Positions 1 to 10,420 of a stretch of 64,000 nt of DNA are shown here, piece by piece; the stretch's first letter is position 1; the number at the start of each line of letters is the position of its first letter. The translations under genes were made by a program, and so were the position numbers. A model generated the notes under the pieces. That model searched no databases. It was not told where the DNA came from and worked only from the letters and a program-made list of their open reading frames with translations. This stretch comes from Entomortierella parvispora E1425 (lineage: Eukaryota > Fungi > Mortierellomycota): contig BQFW01000003.1 of the NCBI GenBank assembly GCA_020891255.1, positions 1,240,001 through 1,304,000 on the forward strand, in the 5' to 3' direction.

Positions 1-662
1 CCCATCCCCCCAAAACTTGAACGGAAAATGCGAAACCCGTTGAGCCATTTTTGAAACGGCCCTAAAAGCATGGACAAATCGCACATGAAAAGCATCAGCA
101 GGGAACTCTCTATAATTAGTTGGCCTAGAGGCTCATGCTGTTCCAGATTACAACAAGTTTACCGGGAATATATTGCGAAATAGGATGTCTTCGTCATCCT
201 TCCGGATCTTGAGTGAGCCGTGCCAACAGGGAAAACAAGGTGACACCTTCGGACAGGGCCTGGTGATAGGAAAGATGGAGGTTGGACAAATCATGACCTC
301 TCTTGTTCAATGTCTTGAACTCACTGCCAACCCTGGCAAACTCACTCTTTCTCGTGTAAACTCAACTCTCCCTCCGGCACAAGGGAAGCAAGATTCATGA
401 CCCAAGCACAGCATCAATGAATCAACGCGATGAACGTCCACATCGTTGTGTATGTATTGCCTTTAATCCTCCACGATGACGCCACCTTTGGGTGTCACAA
501 GGGCATGCTCACCCGGGAAACAAATGGTAACGCGATCGTGATAGAGTTATGAAAACAAGTTTATTGTACATACTATCTGCGAATCCGTAGGCTCGTAGGA
601 GAGGAATACGCGGATGCAGTAGTAGAGATAGGCGACAAAGAACGAGAGAAACGCAAGCGAGC

Positions 663-2431
663 TTAGCCTCCGATCAAAATCATGGGTCGGTTTTTCATGT
701 TGACAAGGTTCGACATGCCAGCATGCTGCTTCTTCTTGTTCTTGACTGCCATCTCGATCACCTCACGAAGTTCCTCATCCGTCTTGCCCTGACGCATCAT
801 ATCCCTCAGCGAGACTTCCGTGTTACCAAAGAGACACACCTTCAGATTTCCATCCGCAGTGATTCGAAGTCGGTTGCAAGTCCCGCAAAAATGATCAGAC
901 ATGGAGGTGATAAATCCAACCTGACCAGCGAATCCGGGTACATGGTATGCCTTGGAGGTATCATTGGGGTCATCCACAAGCTTCTTGAACGTTGGGTGGA
1001 CGGCTTGAATATTCTGGATCAGCTCTTGGTACGGGACCAGTTTGTTCTCCTTCCACTTGTTTCCTACGAGCATTAAAAAAAAAAAAAAAAAAAAAAAAGT
1101 TAATCTTCAATTCTCAAGGAAATCATTCGGAAAATTGATGACAATTGCAACAAAAAAAAAATAAAAAAAAATTGTAAAACCCAAGCATACCTCCAAAGGG
1201 CATGTACTCAATGAAACGGACATCCACCTTCTTGTTCCGAGTAAACTCTACAAAATCCAAAACTTCCTTGTCGTTGGTCCCACGCATGACCACGCAATTG
1301 ACTTTGACGGGGGACAAACCCAGGGCCAGAGCATCATCAATGGTCTCCATAACTCTTTCAAATCCCTTCCGACGTGTCATAATCTCAAACTTGAACCGAT
1401 CCAGGGTATCTAAACTGAGGTTAAGGAGGTTCATGCCACTGTTGACCAAACTGGGCAACTTTCGCTTCAGTGCAATGCCGTTGGAAGTCATGGCAATGGT
1501 CTTGAGCCCCAGAGGCTGCAGCTCTCCCAATTGTGCTGGTATAAGAAAAGAAAAAAGAAAACGTTAGCGTTGTGTTCAAATGAGTCATAGTATACAACTA
1601 TACAACAGATGCCATGGCCCTGAAGTGCGCAGAAAATGCACAGTCAACATCCAAGGATGATCAATTAAAAACATCAAATAGCGGAGCAGGAACTTACCGA
1701 CAAGATCGTTGATGTCTTTTCGCACAGTGGGTTCGCCTCCTGTCAGTCGAATTTTTGTCACTCCTTCACCCACAAAGAGTCGCGCAAGGCGAATGATCTC
1801 TGGTGTAGTCAGAATATCGTCCTTTGGCGACAGATCAACACCTTCTGCCGGCATGCAGTATGTGCCTAGTAGCGTTTGGTCCCAAGACAGAGGTCAAAAC
1901 AGACTGTTAGTGCAAATTCAAGTTTCCCGACCCCTGTCCCACCAGATCTCATGCCTTCACTTGTGACCATGGACATACATCGAAGGTTGCATTTTTCGGT
2001 TAGAGAGATGCGCAGGTAGGTGTGTTGTCTTGAAAAGTTGTCAGTCAATACTGCAGAGAAAGGCCGTTCTTTATCCACTGCTGCGATCTTTGCCTAATCA
2101 TGAAGAAAGACAAGAGACACGGTGTTAGAGGGAGAGATCTTTTGCACGATCGATGCGCCATGAACAAAATAAGCAGAAGAGCGTGTACCTGAACTCGGCT
2201 CCTTATGCTTGTTTGCAACAAGGTTGCAGCCGACTGTGGCTGCGCTGAAAGTGGAGGTGCATCAGCGTGGGTATCTTCTTGTGGGGCGAGAGCAGGCGTT
2301 GAGTAATGGCGGAGAGGATGCGCAGTAGCTGAGGCGACAATTGTCCTGGAATGAGTCTGTGTTGAGACGATGGACCTGCGGAGGAGAGAGATTGCCTGCC
2401 TGGATGGCGCAAAGAGTCCTGGTCTTGACAT
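663..2431 (-). CDS. MOCS1: GTP 3',8-cyclase (MoaA/Cnx2/MOCS1A), radical SAM enzyme of molybdenum cofactor biosynthesis; multi-exon, N-terminal mitochondrial-type presequence
   Basis: Exon peptides [16 protein letters not shown] / TYCMPAEG give CxxxCxxC after splicing. Also [58 protein letters not shown] and the C-terminal MILIGG-stop typical of MoaA. AATAAA lies on the minus strand near 560-565. Confidence 0.95.
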
Positions 2432-3592
2432 TATGAATGGCGCAAATGCAGTTTGGGTTGAATGTAGCTAGCTTGTGAGTATCAAAGATCCTGCCGCGTC
2501 CTGCTGGTTCAGTCCTGACTGCCAGAAGAAGGGTTTCTGATGTATAGAGGGAGAGGAGAGGAGAGGAGAGGAGAGGAGAGAGAGAGAGAGGATGAAGACA
2601 AGGAATGCAGAAGGAAAGCAAAAGGAGAATGGAGACACAGAGACAGACGCAGAGTGTGAAAAAGGATCGAAATGTCCGAGGCGGCGTGAGCCCCCAAAGA
2701 ACGTTTGAGGCAGAGGGATCTGCGCACGCCAATTGGCTGGAGCCAGTCCGTGTGACGGAGCAGGCGGGTGGGGTCAAGTGGAGACCACGGCGAACGTGGA
2801 GAAAAGAAGATAAACGCGGGGGGGCGGGACTGGCTGGGGCTTGACCTTCAGTCCAGGCATCCCCAAGTACCGTACACCGTACTCCCTTGGTTTTGGTCAA
2901 TGGATCCCTTACATGACTCCATGCCTAAGACCATTCCTAGTGTTACTCCTTGGCCACTCTCTCACGCTCATAACACTGAGACAGAGACACAAATAGAACA
3001 TCGAGACAGAGTGCCTGGATCAAGAGCACTTCCTCTAGCCATCTTGTGTAAATCCACAGCGAGACATATGGGGCCAATAATCCCCTAGGCATCCCTTGTT
3101 GGTATTAGCGGTAGTTGTAATGAAATGGAGAGACAAAATAGAAGAACATGAGTAAAGCCAATGTCTCCTTCAAGGATCAGAAGTCTCTCCAGTCATGAAA
3201 TATTCGTTGAAGGCTCAAAAGAAGGTCCTTTCGACCTTAGCGAAGATCAGGAATACAATCAATGGCAACATACCATCGAGATACCTGAAGCGATAGATTA
3301 GCCAAATGCCAGGAGGCTATGGGTCGAACAAGTAGCGTGGTCGAGACGACTCTAATGTTCAATCATCATTCTTTCCCCAGTTCGATTGGTCCGTTTGGGA
3401 GCTTGCAGCTCACCTATAATCTACACCGACATTGCCGTCTCTTCAAACTCCAAAACTTGTTGACAGTAGCGGCAGGTGGTTCCTCAGCTCACCTATTGGG
3501 ATCACGGTTGTCTCAGAGCTTGTTCTTAACTTCATGTTGAGTGAAGTTCCTGACGGTCCAAATACTTTGAGTGATAACAACAGAAAAAGAAG

Positions 3593-3826
3593 AAAAAAAT
3601 AGGCACAGGGTTACGGAGGCGCTACCATATAGGCGCGTTTCCTCTACCCCCTGCGGCTCAGTACACAGCTGCTATTGCTCCCAAGTTACTTGTGCAATAC
3701 TCAACAAGTCTTGGACACACAACTGTGCACTGACCCCTTCACCGTGCAGTCTCTGTACAATTTCGGGTTTGAACACCCAGCCATCAGACGATTAGACACA
3801 CGACTCGAACCACCGTGCCAATCGCC
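3593..3826 (-). ncRNA. Candidate Pol III structured ncRNA, copy A (core 3600-3826, 7-T terminator)
   Basis: The core appears identical to copy C and differs from copy B by 1 nt. It has A-box-like TGGCACGGTGG, B-box GTTCAAACC, G-U-containing stems and a T run at the 3' end. Confidence 0.6.
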
Positions 3827-3930
3827 ATAATATACGAAATATATAAGAAAAATACAGTCTTTTGCATGGACCCTTGCGCAGCTCTGGCCGCTGTACAAGC
3901 ATGCAAAAAATGACCATGGCGGACAGAAAA

Positions 3931-4615
3931 TTTACTCTGCTTTTCATGACTTGTCAGCCCTCCGACCCCCTGAGCAGGGACAGCTCAAAGCTCCGTTGGC
4001 ATCGGCTTGTTCTGTCGTCACTGCTTACCAAGGACTGCTCCATTCGGCTCTGATCGAGGCCTGGAGGCCAATTATGAAAGGCCCACGCTCTGTCGTGGTC
4101 GCAGTTGCTCATCAGTTTATTCGTCGTCTGGACAGGGATGCCCTAGCTCGGCTCTGGAAGACGCGCTGCGAAGTGACTATTGCATGGGAGAAGACACAAG
4201 GTATCCGCCCCAAGATGAAGAAGCAAGCCCAGACTGGGCAACCGTGGAACAATGCCTCTGGTACGATCTTACCACCAGACACTTGCCAATGCGGAAAGCC
4301 TAACACCGACCACCATCAAGGCCTCTGCCCTGGTGCCCAAGACAATCCCACGCTGGCCGACCAGCGCTTACTGGCTTGTGTGCGTGGCCAGGTTCACTTA
4401 TCGACATTAGAAAAGATGGGGAAGATCCATTTTTTGTAACACTTTACTCTTCTTTATTACACGGTGACGAGCCGTGGCATTTGTTGCGCGGGGATCCGGG
4501 GTCTTTTGTTCGTCTGGACCACGCGGCTTTGCTCAGGTTGTAGATAGTTTGGTCTAGCACTTCACTTCTTTGGCTCGACATAGCAAATAAAATGTTGCAA
4601 AAAAAAAAAAAAAAA
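3931..4615 (+). mobile_element. 5'-truncated non-LTR retrotransposon (LINE; L1/Tx1-like ORF2 C-terminus) with poly(A) tail and 17-bp target-site duplication
   Basis: The direct repeat CCATGGCGGACAGAAAA lies at 3914-3930 and 4616-4632. AATAAA at 4586-4591 is followed by A17 at 4599-4615. The reading frame is open from the 5' junction to TAA at 4439 (…ARLWKTRCEVTIAWEKTQGI…CQCG…HH…C). Copy B of the host repeat carries the site only once (empty allele). Confidence 0.9.
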
Positions 4616-7437
4616 CCATGGCGGACAGAAAAGTCAAAATTTCAAAATTTCAAAAAAACACTGCGGACTGTCCTTTCGATGTACTCATTCTGTCAGATAA
4701 AGCTGCGAAGGTGTCGTGTTTAACTAGAGAAAGAGAGGACAGAAATATACATGTACAAAAGCAGATCGTGAGAATAATGGGTTGACGAGAATGCACCTTT
4801 CATGACCCTGCTCCAATGCTTGAAGAACCAAGCAAGGTCTCTTTTTGGGGGCACTCTCGTGTTGCTCTGGAGGTATCGGCCCTGTTGATAAGCAGACAAA
4901 ACACCAAATGCCGTTGCTCGGTATCGTTTGGTGATTGGTCATCTGGTATTTCTTGCTCACGCACGCGTGTCTTCCCTTTTCCTTCCTCACGTTCTCCTCT
5001 TCCCGGGAATCGCGGCAAGGTGCTTGAGATGGGCGCTTGTTCCGGCTGCGGTAGCCAACCCTACCTTTTTCAATTGATAATAAGGTAATAAGGCACACAA
5101 TCAAGGCGCCTCTTTGTTTGGCCCATCTCTAAAAATTGTGCCAACGCCACTGCAAGGACCAAATTTTCCAGGGAGCACAATGCACCACTCCCAGAGTTTG
5201 CGTTTCCCACAAAAAAAATCTCTCACAGGAGCACTTTTTTTTTTTTTTTGCATGGATAATGATCTTGCCCCTGGCCAATGGTCGCGCTACAGGTCCTTCA
5301 TAGTTGTCACTTACCACGTCAAAAGTATCCTCTTGGCCCAGGGGGTATCGGCGTTACATATCTCTTTTGGACTGGAACAATATACCTTGTATCGCCTCTG
5401 ATTGCTCCACGTGGGCCTAGGTCAATATTGGTATTGGTGTCTTCCTCATTGTGTTCATCATGTCCCTATCGCCTATTGCACCTCTGGGATGCCAAGATGT
5501 CCTCATCAGTAGTTCAAAGCTGTACACGACTACTGACCAGATTTATACGATCTTTGCCCTGAACTATGATGTTGGTTTCGTTGGTCTTTCATCCATGATC
5601 ACCCATGCCTGGTTGCACCACCGTGGTGTGTTCATTCTTATGATGTTGTTGCCGTCGTCACTTGCGAAGTCTGGGATTACAAACTCCCCTGGTGGGCTGT
5701 CATTTCGAGCATTACTCTCTCTTGCATCTTCATCCTTCCCGTCGGTCTCATCCAGGCCCTCACCAACCAGCAGCCCAGTCTTTACATCATCACCAAGTAT
5801 ATTATTCTCTCTATCCTCCCTGGTCGTCCCATTGCCAACGTTGCCCTCAAGACTCTTTGTTTGATCTTCACGAGGGCAAACGGTTACTAGCGCCGACATG
5901 AACTTTAAAATTTCATTCAACCAGGGAGGAGTTTTCCGTTCTTTCCATACAGTCCACATCCGCTATGACTGAAATGTGGACTGTAGTTGATTTGATCGTG
6001 TATTTCGGGTTGTCCAAAGCCCTCTCAATGTCCTTGTTGACAGGGCTGAGCGCAATTGACCTCGGAGTTGGTATTCAATGCGAATCCGGTAAACAGCGCA
6101 AGCGCTCTCAAATTCGTGCAGCAGACGCGTTATTTACCAACGGTTGTCGTTCCAGATCTGGAGGGCCGTCCAAATTTTCTGGATTCCAGAAGGCTGTTAT
6201 GGTAGCACATACTTTAAAACATACGCTCGTCCGTCCTTGGACCATGTGTCGCTGTGAACACCAAATACTATCTTCATCTATAACATACAGCAATGGAAGT
6301 CCCTCCAGCAAGTCTGGTCCCTCGACCCCAGAGGCTGCCTGAGTCAAATTGGTTTGTTTGCTGGAGCCAAAGAGAGTCGACTCTTTTTTTATTCACAAAC
6401 GTGGACACAGCCCTCTGAACTCTCCGGCGGCCCATGACCGGGTCTAGCTGCTGTTTTGAAATTATTGTACCCTCTGTTTTCCGGGCAAATCTCGGTGTAC
6501 GCCCCGAGTCTACCAGACACAGAAAAACCTCGCCCTGCGTTTGGACATGGGCTCATCCTTGTGGTGCTATTTCTACCCATTCTACAGAGGTTGAAGGTTG
6601 ACAGGGGGGAAAAAAAACTGAGGAATAAACTAGCCAATAACAGTGCAGGATCGTATCTGAACTTCTTCAGAACATGCGAGTCCGCACTGGCATTGTTTGT
6701 TCGTAAATGTGCTGCTCTTTTTCCACTCTGAGGGCGAGGATTTTCGCCTCACAGAAAGGGACTGAGCCCGCAAGAGTAAAAAGTTTCAGGGCGCGGGCGA
6801 AACCAAGTGGCTCGTCGTGCACCTCAACCCACCTTGCAGTACCACTGGGAAATCTCAATTCTTCTGCAATGTTGGGGGCCATTCGCACCTGTGCGAGTTC
6901 CACTCAATGACCAGATCATTATTTTTCCTCCAGGCGAGCACGAAGAAAGCGGCATGGGCGGTTTTCGCCTTTCGGCCACGACAGGGTACTGCATGGCGAG
7001 AGTGTAAACAACTCAGTGCTCAATTAGTCGAAACAATGTTCAGAAATGTGGGAATCTGGGCGGCCAAGTCATTTCTCTCAAAAGCATGTCAAACCGTGAT
7101 AAAGGAGTATAAATACCTCCAGGTTTGCAATGAATTCCCTACCTTCTTCACCTAAATAACAACAACTTCTTCTTTCAAACCATGTAAGTCATCTCCACGG
7201 CTACTATCCACTTGACATTCCAAGCCTACTACAACATACTTTCGCTGTACTCACTACGCCTTACTTTTAATCCAGCTCAAGTTCCGACCAAAGGAGTGAC
7301 CACAGAAGACCTCGACATCCACCAATCAACTCAATAATCCCTGTAAGACTTGTTAATGATGATCTAAGTTGTGCAAGAGGCGTAGTTATGATTCGTTGCT
7401 GACAGCCATTCATCTCGGTCAACCGCACAGGAACAAA

Positions 7438-7932
7438 ATGTCGTTTGGAAAGACCATGGAAATCTTGGCACAGGTTGCAAATGTCGTTGTAGCCTTTGTC
7501 CAGTCAGAGTGGTTCGTCGGGGCACACGATACGAAGACAACAGGCATGACCGGACGGGACAGTGGAAATCTCTACATCATGTCCAACCAGGCTAAAGGAG
7601 TGAACTTCAACTGGATGGCAGAGAGAGGCCCTGCAAGCGATAGACTCTATTCCTATGCATCATCGGGAAACAGCTTTAAATCGACTGTCGAGGCAATGAA
7701 AGGCTTAGGCGATGGTTACTATGTTCAAATAGTGTTTCAGCCTGTTGGAACTCTAGGGGGGGCGAGGATACAGTGTAATAGGAGAACTATCCCTTGCTGC
7801 AGTATTAGGACTGATGTTTATGCATCTGTGGGAACATCGAAAAACGGTCTTTGGAATGCCAATGAGCTACTTAAAGGTAGAGACTCCATTGGACGAAACT
7901 GCAATTGCGCCGAAATTTGCGCGAATCCATAA
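7438..7932 (+). CDS. Hypothetical intronless 164-aa protein with a Cys-rich C-terminus (6 Cys)
   Basis: Uninterrupted frame 7369-7932 with ATG at 7438 in an AAAATG context and protein-like composition. No family recognised. Confidence 0.5.
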   Translation: MSFGKTMEILAQVANVVVAFVQSEWFVGAHDTKTTGMTGRDSGNLYIMSNQAKGVNFNWMAERGPASDRLYSYASSGNSFKSTVEAMKGLGDGYYVQIVFQPVGTLGGARIQCNRRTIPCCSIRTDVYASVGTSKNGLWNANELLKGRDSIGRNCNCAEICANP

Positions 7933-8169
7933 TCACCAGCAGCACTCTTCCATGTCCCTTTCTCCTTTTTCCATTTTCTTTTATCTATAAACTCGTATCT
8001 ATTTTATCATTGCGCCTTTCAGAATCACTGCTAGGAGTGATCTTGTCTCTTGCTCTTGCTAGGCCAGAACTATTTCTCCTGAAAAGCCACGTTGAGGCCT
8101 CACTATTCTATAAATACTTGTATCCTGTCCTGAGAGTTGTGCAAAAAGTGGAATGGCGAGGACTTGCTT

Positions 8170-8206
8170 GGGAACAGCAATGGGAGCAGCAATGGGAGCA
8201 GCAATG
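8170..8206. repeat. 12-bp tandem repeat (TGGGARCAGCAA x3)
   Basis: Seen directly in the sequence. Confidence 0.8.
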
Positions 8207-8481
8207 GCGGAATGGAGCGAATGGAGTTACCTTTATTTCCTGTTGTTCCTCTCGTGCTTCTTTCTCCCCTCCCTTCGTTTGCCTTGGTCTTTCGGTGGTT
8301 GGCTTGAGCAAAGAAGATGAAGACGAAAGAAAAAAAAAAAAAAAAAAAGAGATTCAGGACAATCTCCTTTGATTCTGAAAGAAGAGACACGTAGTGCCGT
8401 GCTCTACCCTCCTTTCATTCCTCAAAGTACAAGCTTTGTTCCTTGTCATTTGACAAAGACGTCAAGTTTCCGCCCTTCGTT

Positions 8482-8553
8482 GGAATGGAGAAGTTATGTT
8501 TGATCGCAGTGGCCGAAGGAATGGAGAAGTTATGTTTGATCGCAGTGGCCGAA
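8482..8553. repeat. Perfect 36-bp tandem duplication GGAATGGAGAAGTTATGTTTGATCGCAGTGGCCGAA x2
   Basis: Units at 8482-8517 and 8518-8553. Confidence 0.95.
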
Positions 8554-8636
8554 GTGGCTTAAACCGCCAGCCAGAAAGTGTGTATTCTTTCTTAATCGAG
8601 TCCTCCCCCAAAGGTAATATAACTTACCATTCTCCT

Positions 8637-9363
8637 CTCCTCAGTGCAGCTCATGACCTCTAGCGAACTCTCGGTCAGCTCTTGGTCATATTACAGTGCA
8701 ATAAACGTCCATTATGTTCTTTCTGAGAAGAGAACATCATGCCCGAAGATCAGTCTTGCATGGTCGCCTTGAACAGAAAGACCAAGACGCTCCGCAGCCT
8801 CGAGAGAGAGAGATGGAGAAGGAAGGGTACACCACCATCGCCGCTTCATAGTGTCAACGTCGTTACTCTCGGAGTGTATGTCCTTCATGATCCATCAAAT
8901 GTCCATTTTTACATATGTTTTTTTGAAATTTTGAAATTTTGACTTTTCTGTCCGCCATGGTCATTTTTTGCATGCTTGTACAGCGGCCAGAGCTGCGCAA
9001 GGGTCCATTCATAAGACTGTCTCTTTCTTATATATTTCGTATATTATGGCGATTGGCACGGTGGTTCGAGTCGTGTGTCTAATCGTCTGATGGCTGGGTG
9101 TTCAAACCCGAAATTGTACAGAGACTGCACGGTGAAGGGGTCAGTGCACAGTTGTGTGTCCAAGACTTGTTGAGTATTGCACAAGTAACTTGGGGGCAAT
9201 AGCAGCTGTGTACTGAGCCGCAGGGGGTAGAGGAAACGCGCCTATATGGTAGCGCCTCCGTAACCCTGTGCCTATTTTTTTTTTTTTTTTTTGTTCTCTG
9301 AGGAATCACTCGAAGTATTTTGACCATGAGTGCAGGAACCTCACTCAACATGAAGTCAAGAAG
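8637..9363 (+). repeat. Dispersed repeat copy B (about 730 bp, including flanks of the ncRNA-like core)
   Basis: Colinear with 37568-38262. Flanks are about 85-90% identical by eye count and the core is over 99% identical. Confidence 0.95.
9048..9292 (+). ncRNA. Candidate Pol III structured ncRNA, copy B (core 9048-9274, T18 terminator)
   Basis: A-box-like motif at 9054-9064 (+7 to +17) and B-box GTTCAAACC at 9100-9108 (+53 to +61). Stems pair 9048-9056 with 9079-9087 and 9141-9154 with 9203-9216. An AT-rich TATATAT lies upstream. Confidence 0.6.
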
Positions 9364-9396
9364 GAATTGAGAAAGAATCGTGACCCCAGCAAAGAA

Positions 9397-9760
9397 TTAC
9401 AATCTACCGAGCCAAGGAAGCATGTCTGACAGAAGTGGATTGAACAGCTTCGTTGTTTTGAGGAGTTGGACTTCAGGCCAGACGTATATTGCGAGATATA
9501 TCGGGGCATTGCTTCGGAAGTGTGCGGAACAAAGACTCTCGAAGGGTGATTGAGTTGCGCTCATATTGACATCTCTATCGCTGATTGAGACCACTATAGA
9601 GCGTTGGAGCTTTGTCATGAAGCTCCAGGCGGTATCGTCCATCGTCGCGGACAACATGCCAAGGCTCTTGATGTATTTTAGCCGATCAAACCCAGGCATC
9701 ATGTTGGCGCCAAGGCAGGGTAGAGCATCCTGCTTAGTAACATCACATACAGCTTTGATG
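9397..9760 (-). pseudogene. Possible coding relic (ORF fragment 9397-9702, open a short way upstream)
   Basis: Protein-like 101-aa frame with no recognisable family and no convincing gene model. Confidence 0.2.
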
Positions 9761-10417
9761 GTTCAGTGTCTACACTTGGCCTCGCTCACTAGAAAAAAAA
9801 ACATGCAAGGGGTTGGTAGCATGAAAACCATAATAGTCCTTCTCCTCTTTGGTGTTCCCTCGTGCCATTTTCTAAACTTATTTAACCGTCTCGGTGGCCG
9901 CATTGATCCGCTCGGTTCGATCTGCACTGGAGCCTAAAAGCCCTCTTTGTTCTGGGTCTTCGACGGTTTGGCGGTGCCACTAAGCTGAACGAAGGCAGTT
10001 CACAGTGGCGCCTCCTGGCTCTGGTTACGTTTTTGAACGAGGGCCGCAAGATCCTGTCGACTTTAATGCGCGCCAGTATATGCAAAGCTTTCAAAGAACA
10101 AAAGTTAAGTCAGTTGACCACTCTTTCCAATGTTAGTTGGGTACCAGTCTGAGGTCATGTATCTTCTTGGGTCACGCCTAATGTTCATCGTTGCTAACCG
10201 TCAAGAAAACGGCCCGGGTCAGCGACCAAGAGGTCGCCTCGATGAGGTCATGTGACAAAGAGTCTCAGTCAGCCCCTCTCGCCTGGGCGCCCTGTCTCCC
10301 AGGCTCTCTTTTTTTTTTTTTTTTTTTTTTTTTTGCCGTTTGCTTCATTGCATGTGTCTCCATCTTTTCTGTTCTCCATCCATCTCCTCCATCCCCCCCC
10401 AGTCGTCGTTCCTTTTG

Positions 10418-10420
<3 letters not shown>

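Larger units (their letters stand above)
3524..4660 (-). repeat. Dispersed repeat copy A, inverted relative to copies B and C and interrupted by a LINE insertion at 3931-4615
   Basis: 3524-3930 and 4616-4660 are the reverse complement of parts of 8637-9363; 3524-3930 also matches copy C (37568-38262). Confidence 0.95.

Noticed and set aside
1-500. Possible coding or transposon fragment at the window edge
   Set aside because: All frames are short or interrupted and nothing is recognisable.
3571-3795. Repeated 74-90 aa ORFs (3571-3795, 9079-9351, 37985-38215) as a protein family
   Set aside because: They run antisense to the structured strand, begin with variable poly-Lys from the T run, and use different or non-ATG starts. 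They are a by-product of the repeat.
4700-7350. ORFs such as 5564-5959, 6108-6347 and 6667-6903 as a gene
   Set aside because: They are protein-like fragments broken by stops, with no consistent splice model and no recognisable family. At most this is a decayed relic.
8482-8553. CRISPR-like 36-bp repeat
   Set aside because: Two abutting units with no spacer, in a eukaryotic genome with no cas genes.
9048-9120. tRNA gene suggested by GGTTCGAGTC and GTTCAAACC
   Set aside because: There is no acceptor stem, anticodon arm or 5-bp T-arm. The first motif sits in a hairpin loop directly after the A-box, and the terminator is 227 nt from the start.
9261-9268. Telomerase-template-like TAACCCT in the ncRNA core
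   Set aside because: It covers only 7 nt of the repeat and lies near the 3' end, with no room for a downstream pseudoknot. Multiple copies are also atypical for telomerase RNA.
3524-9363. One large DNA transposon with copies A and B as terminal inverted repeats
   Set aside because: The ends are fuzzy, there is no flanking TSD and no transposase inside, and a third solo copy exists at 37.6 kb.
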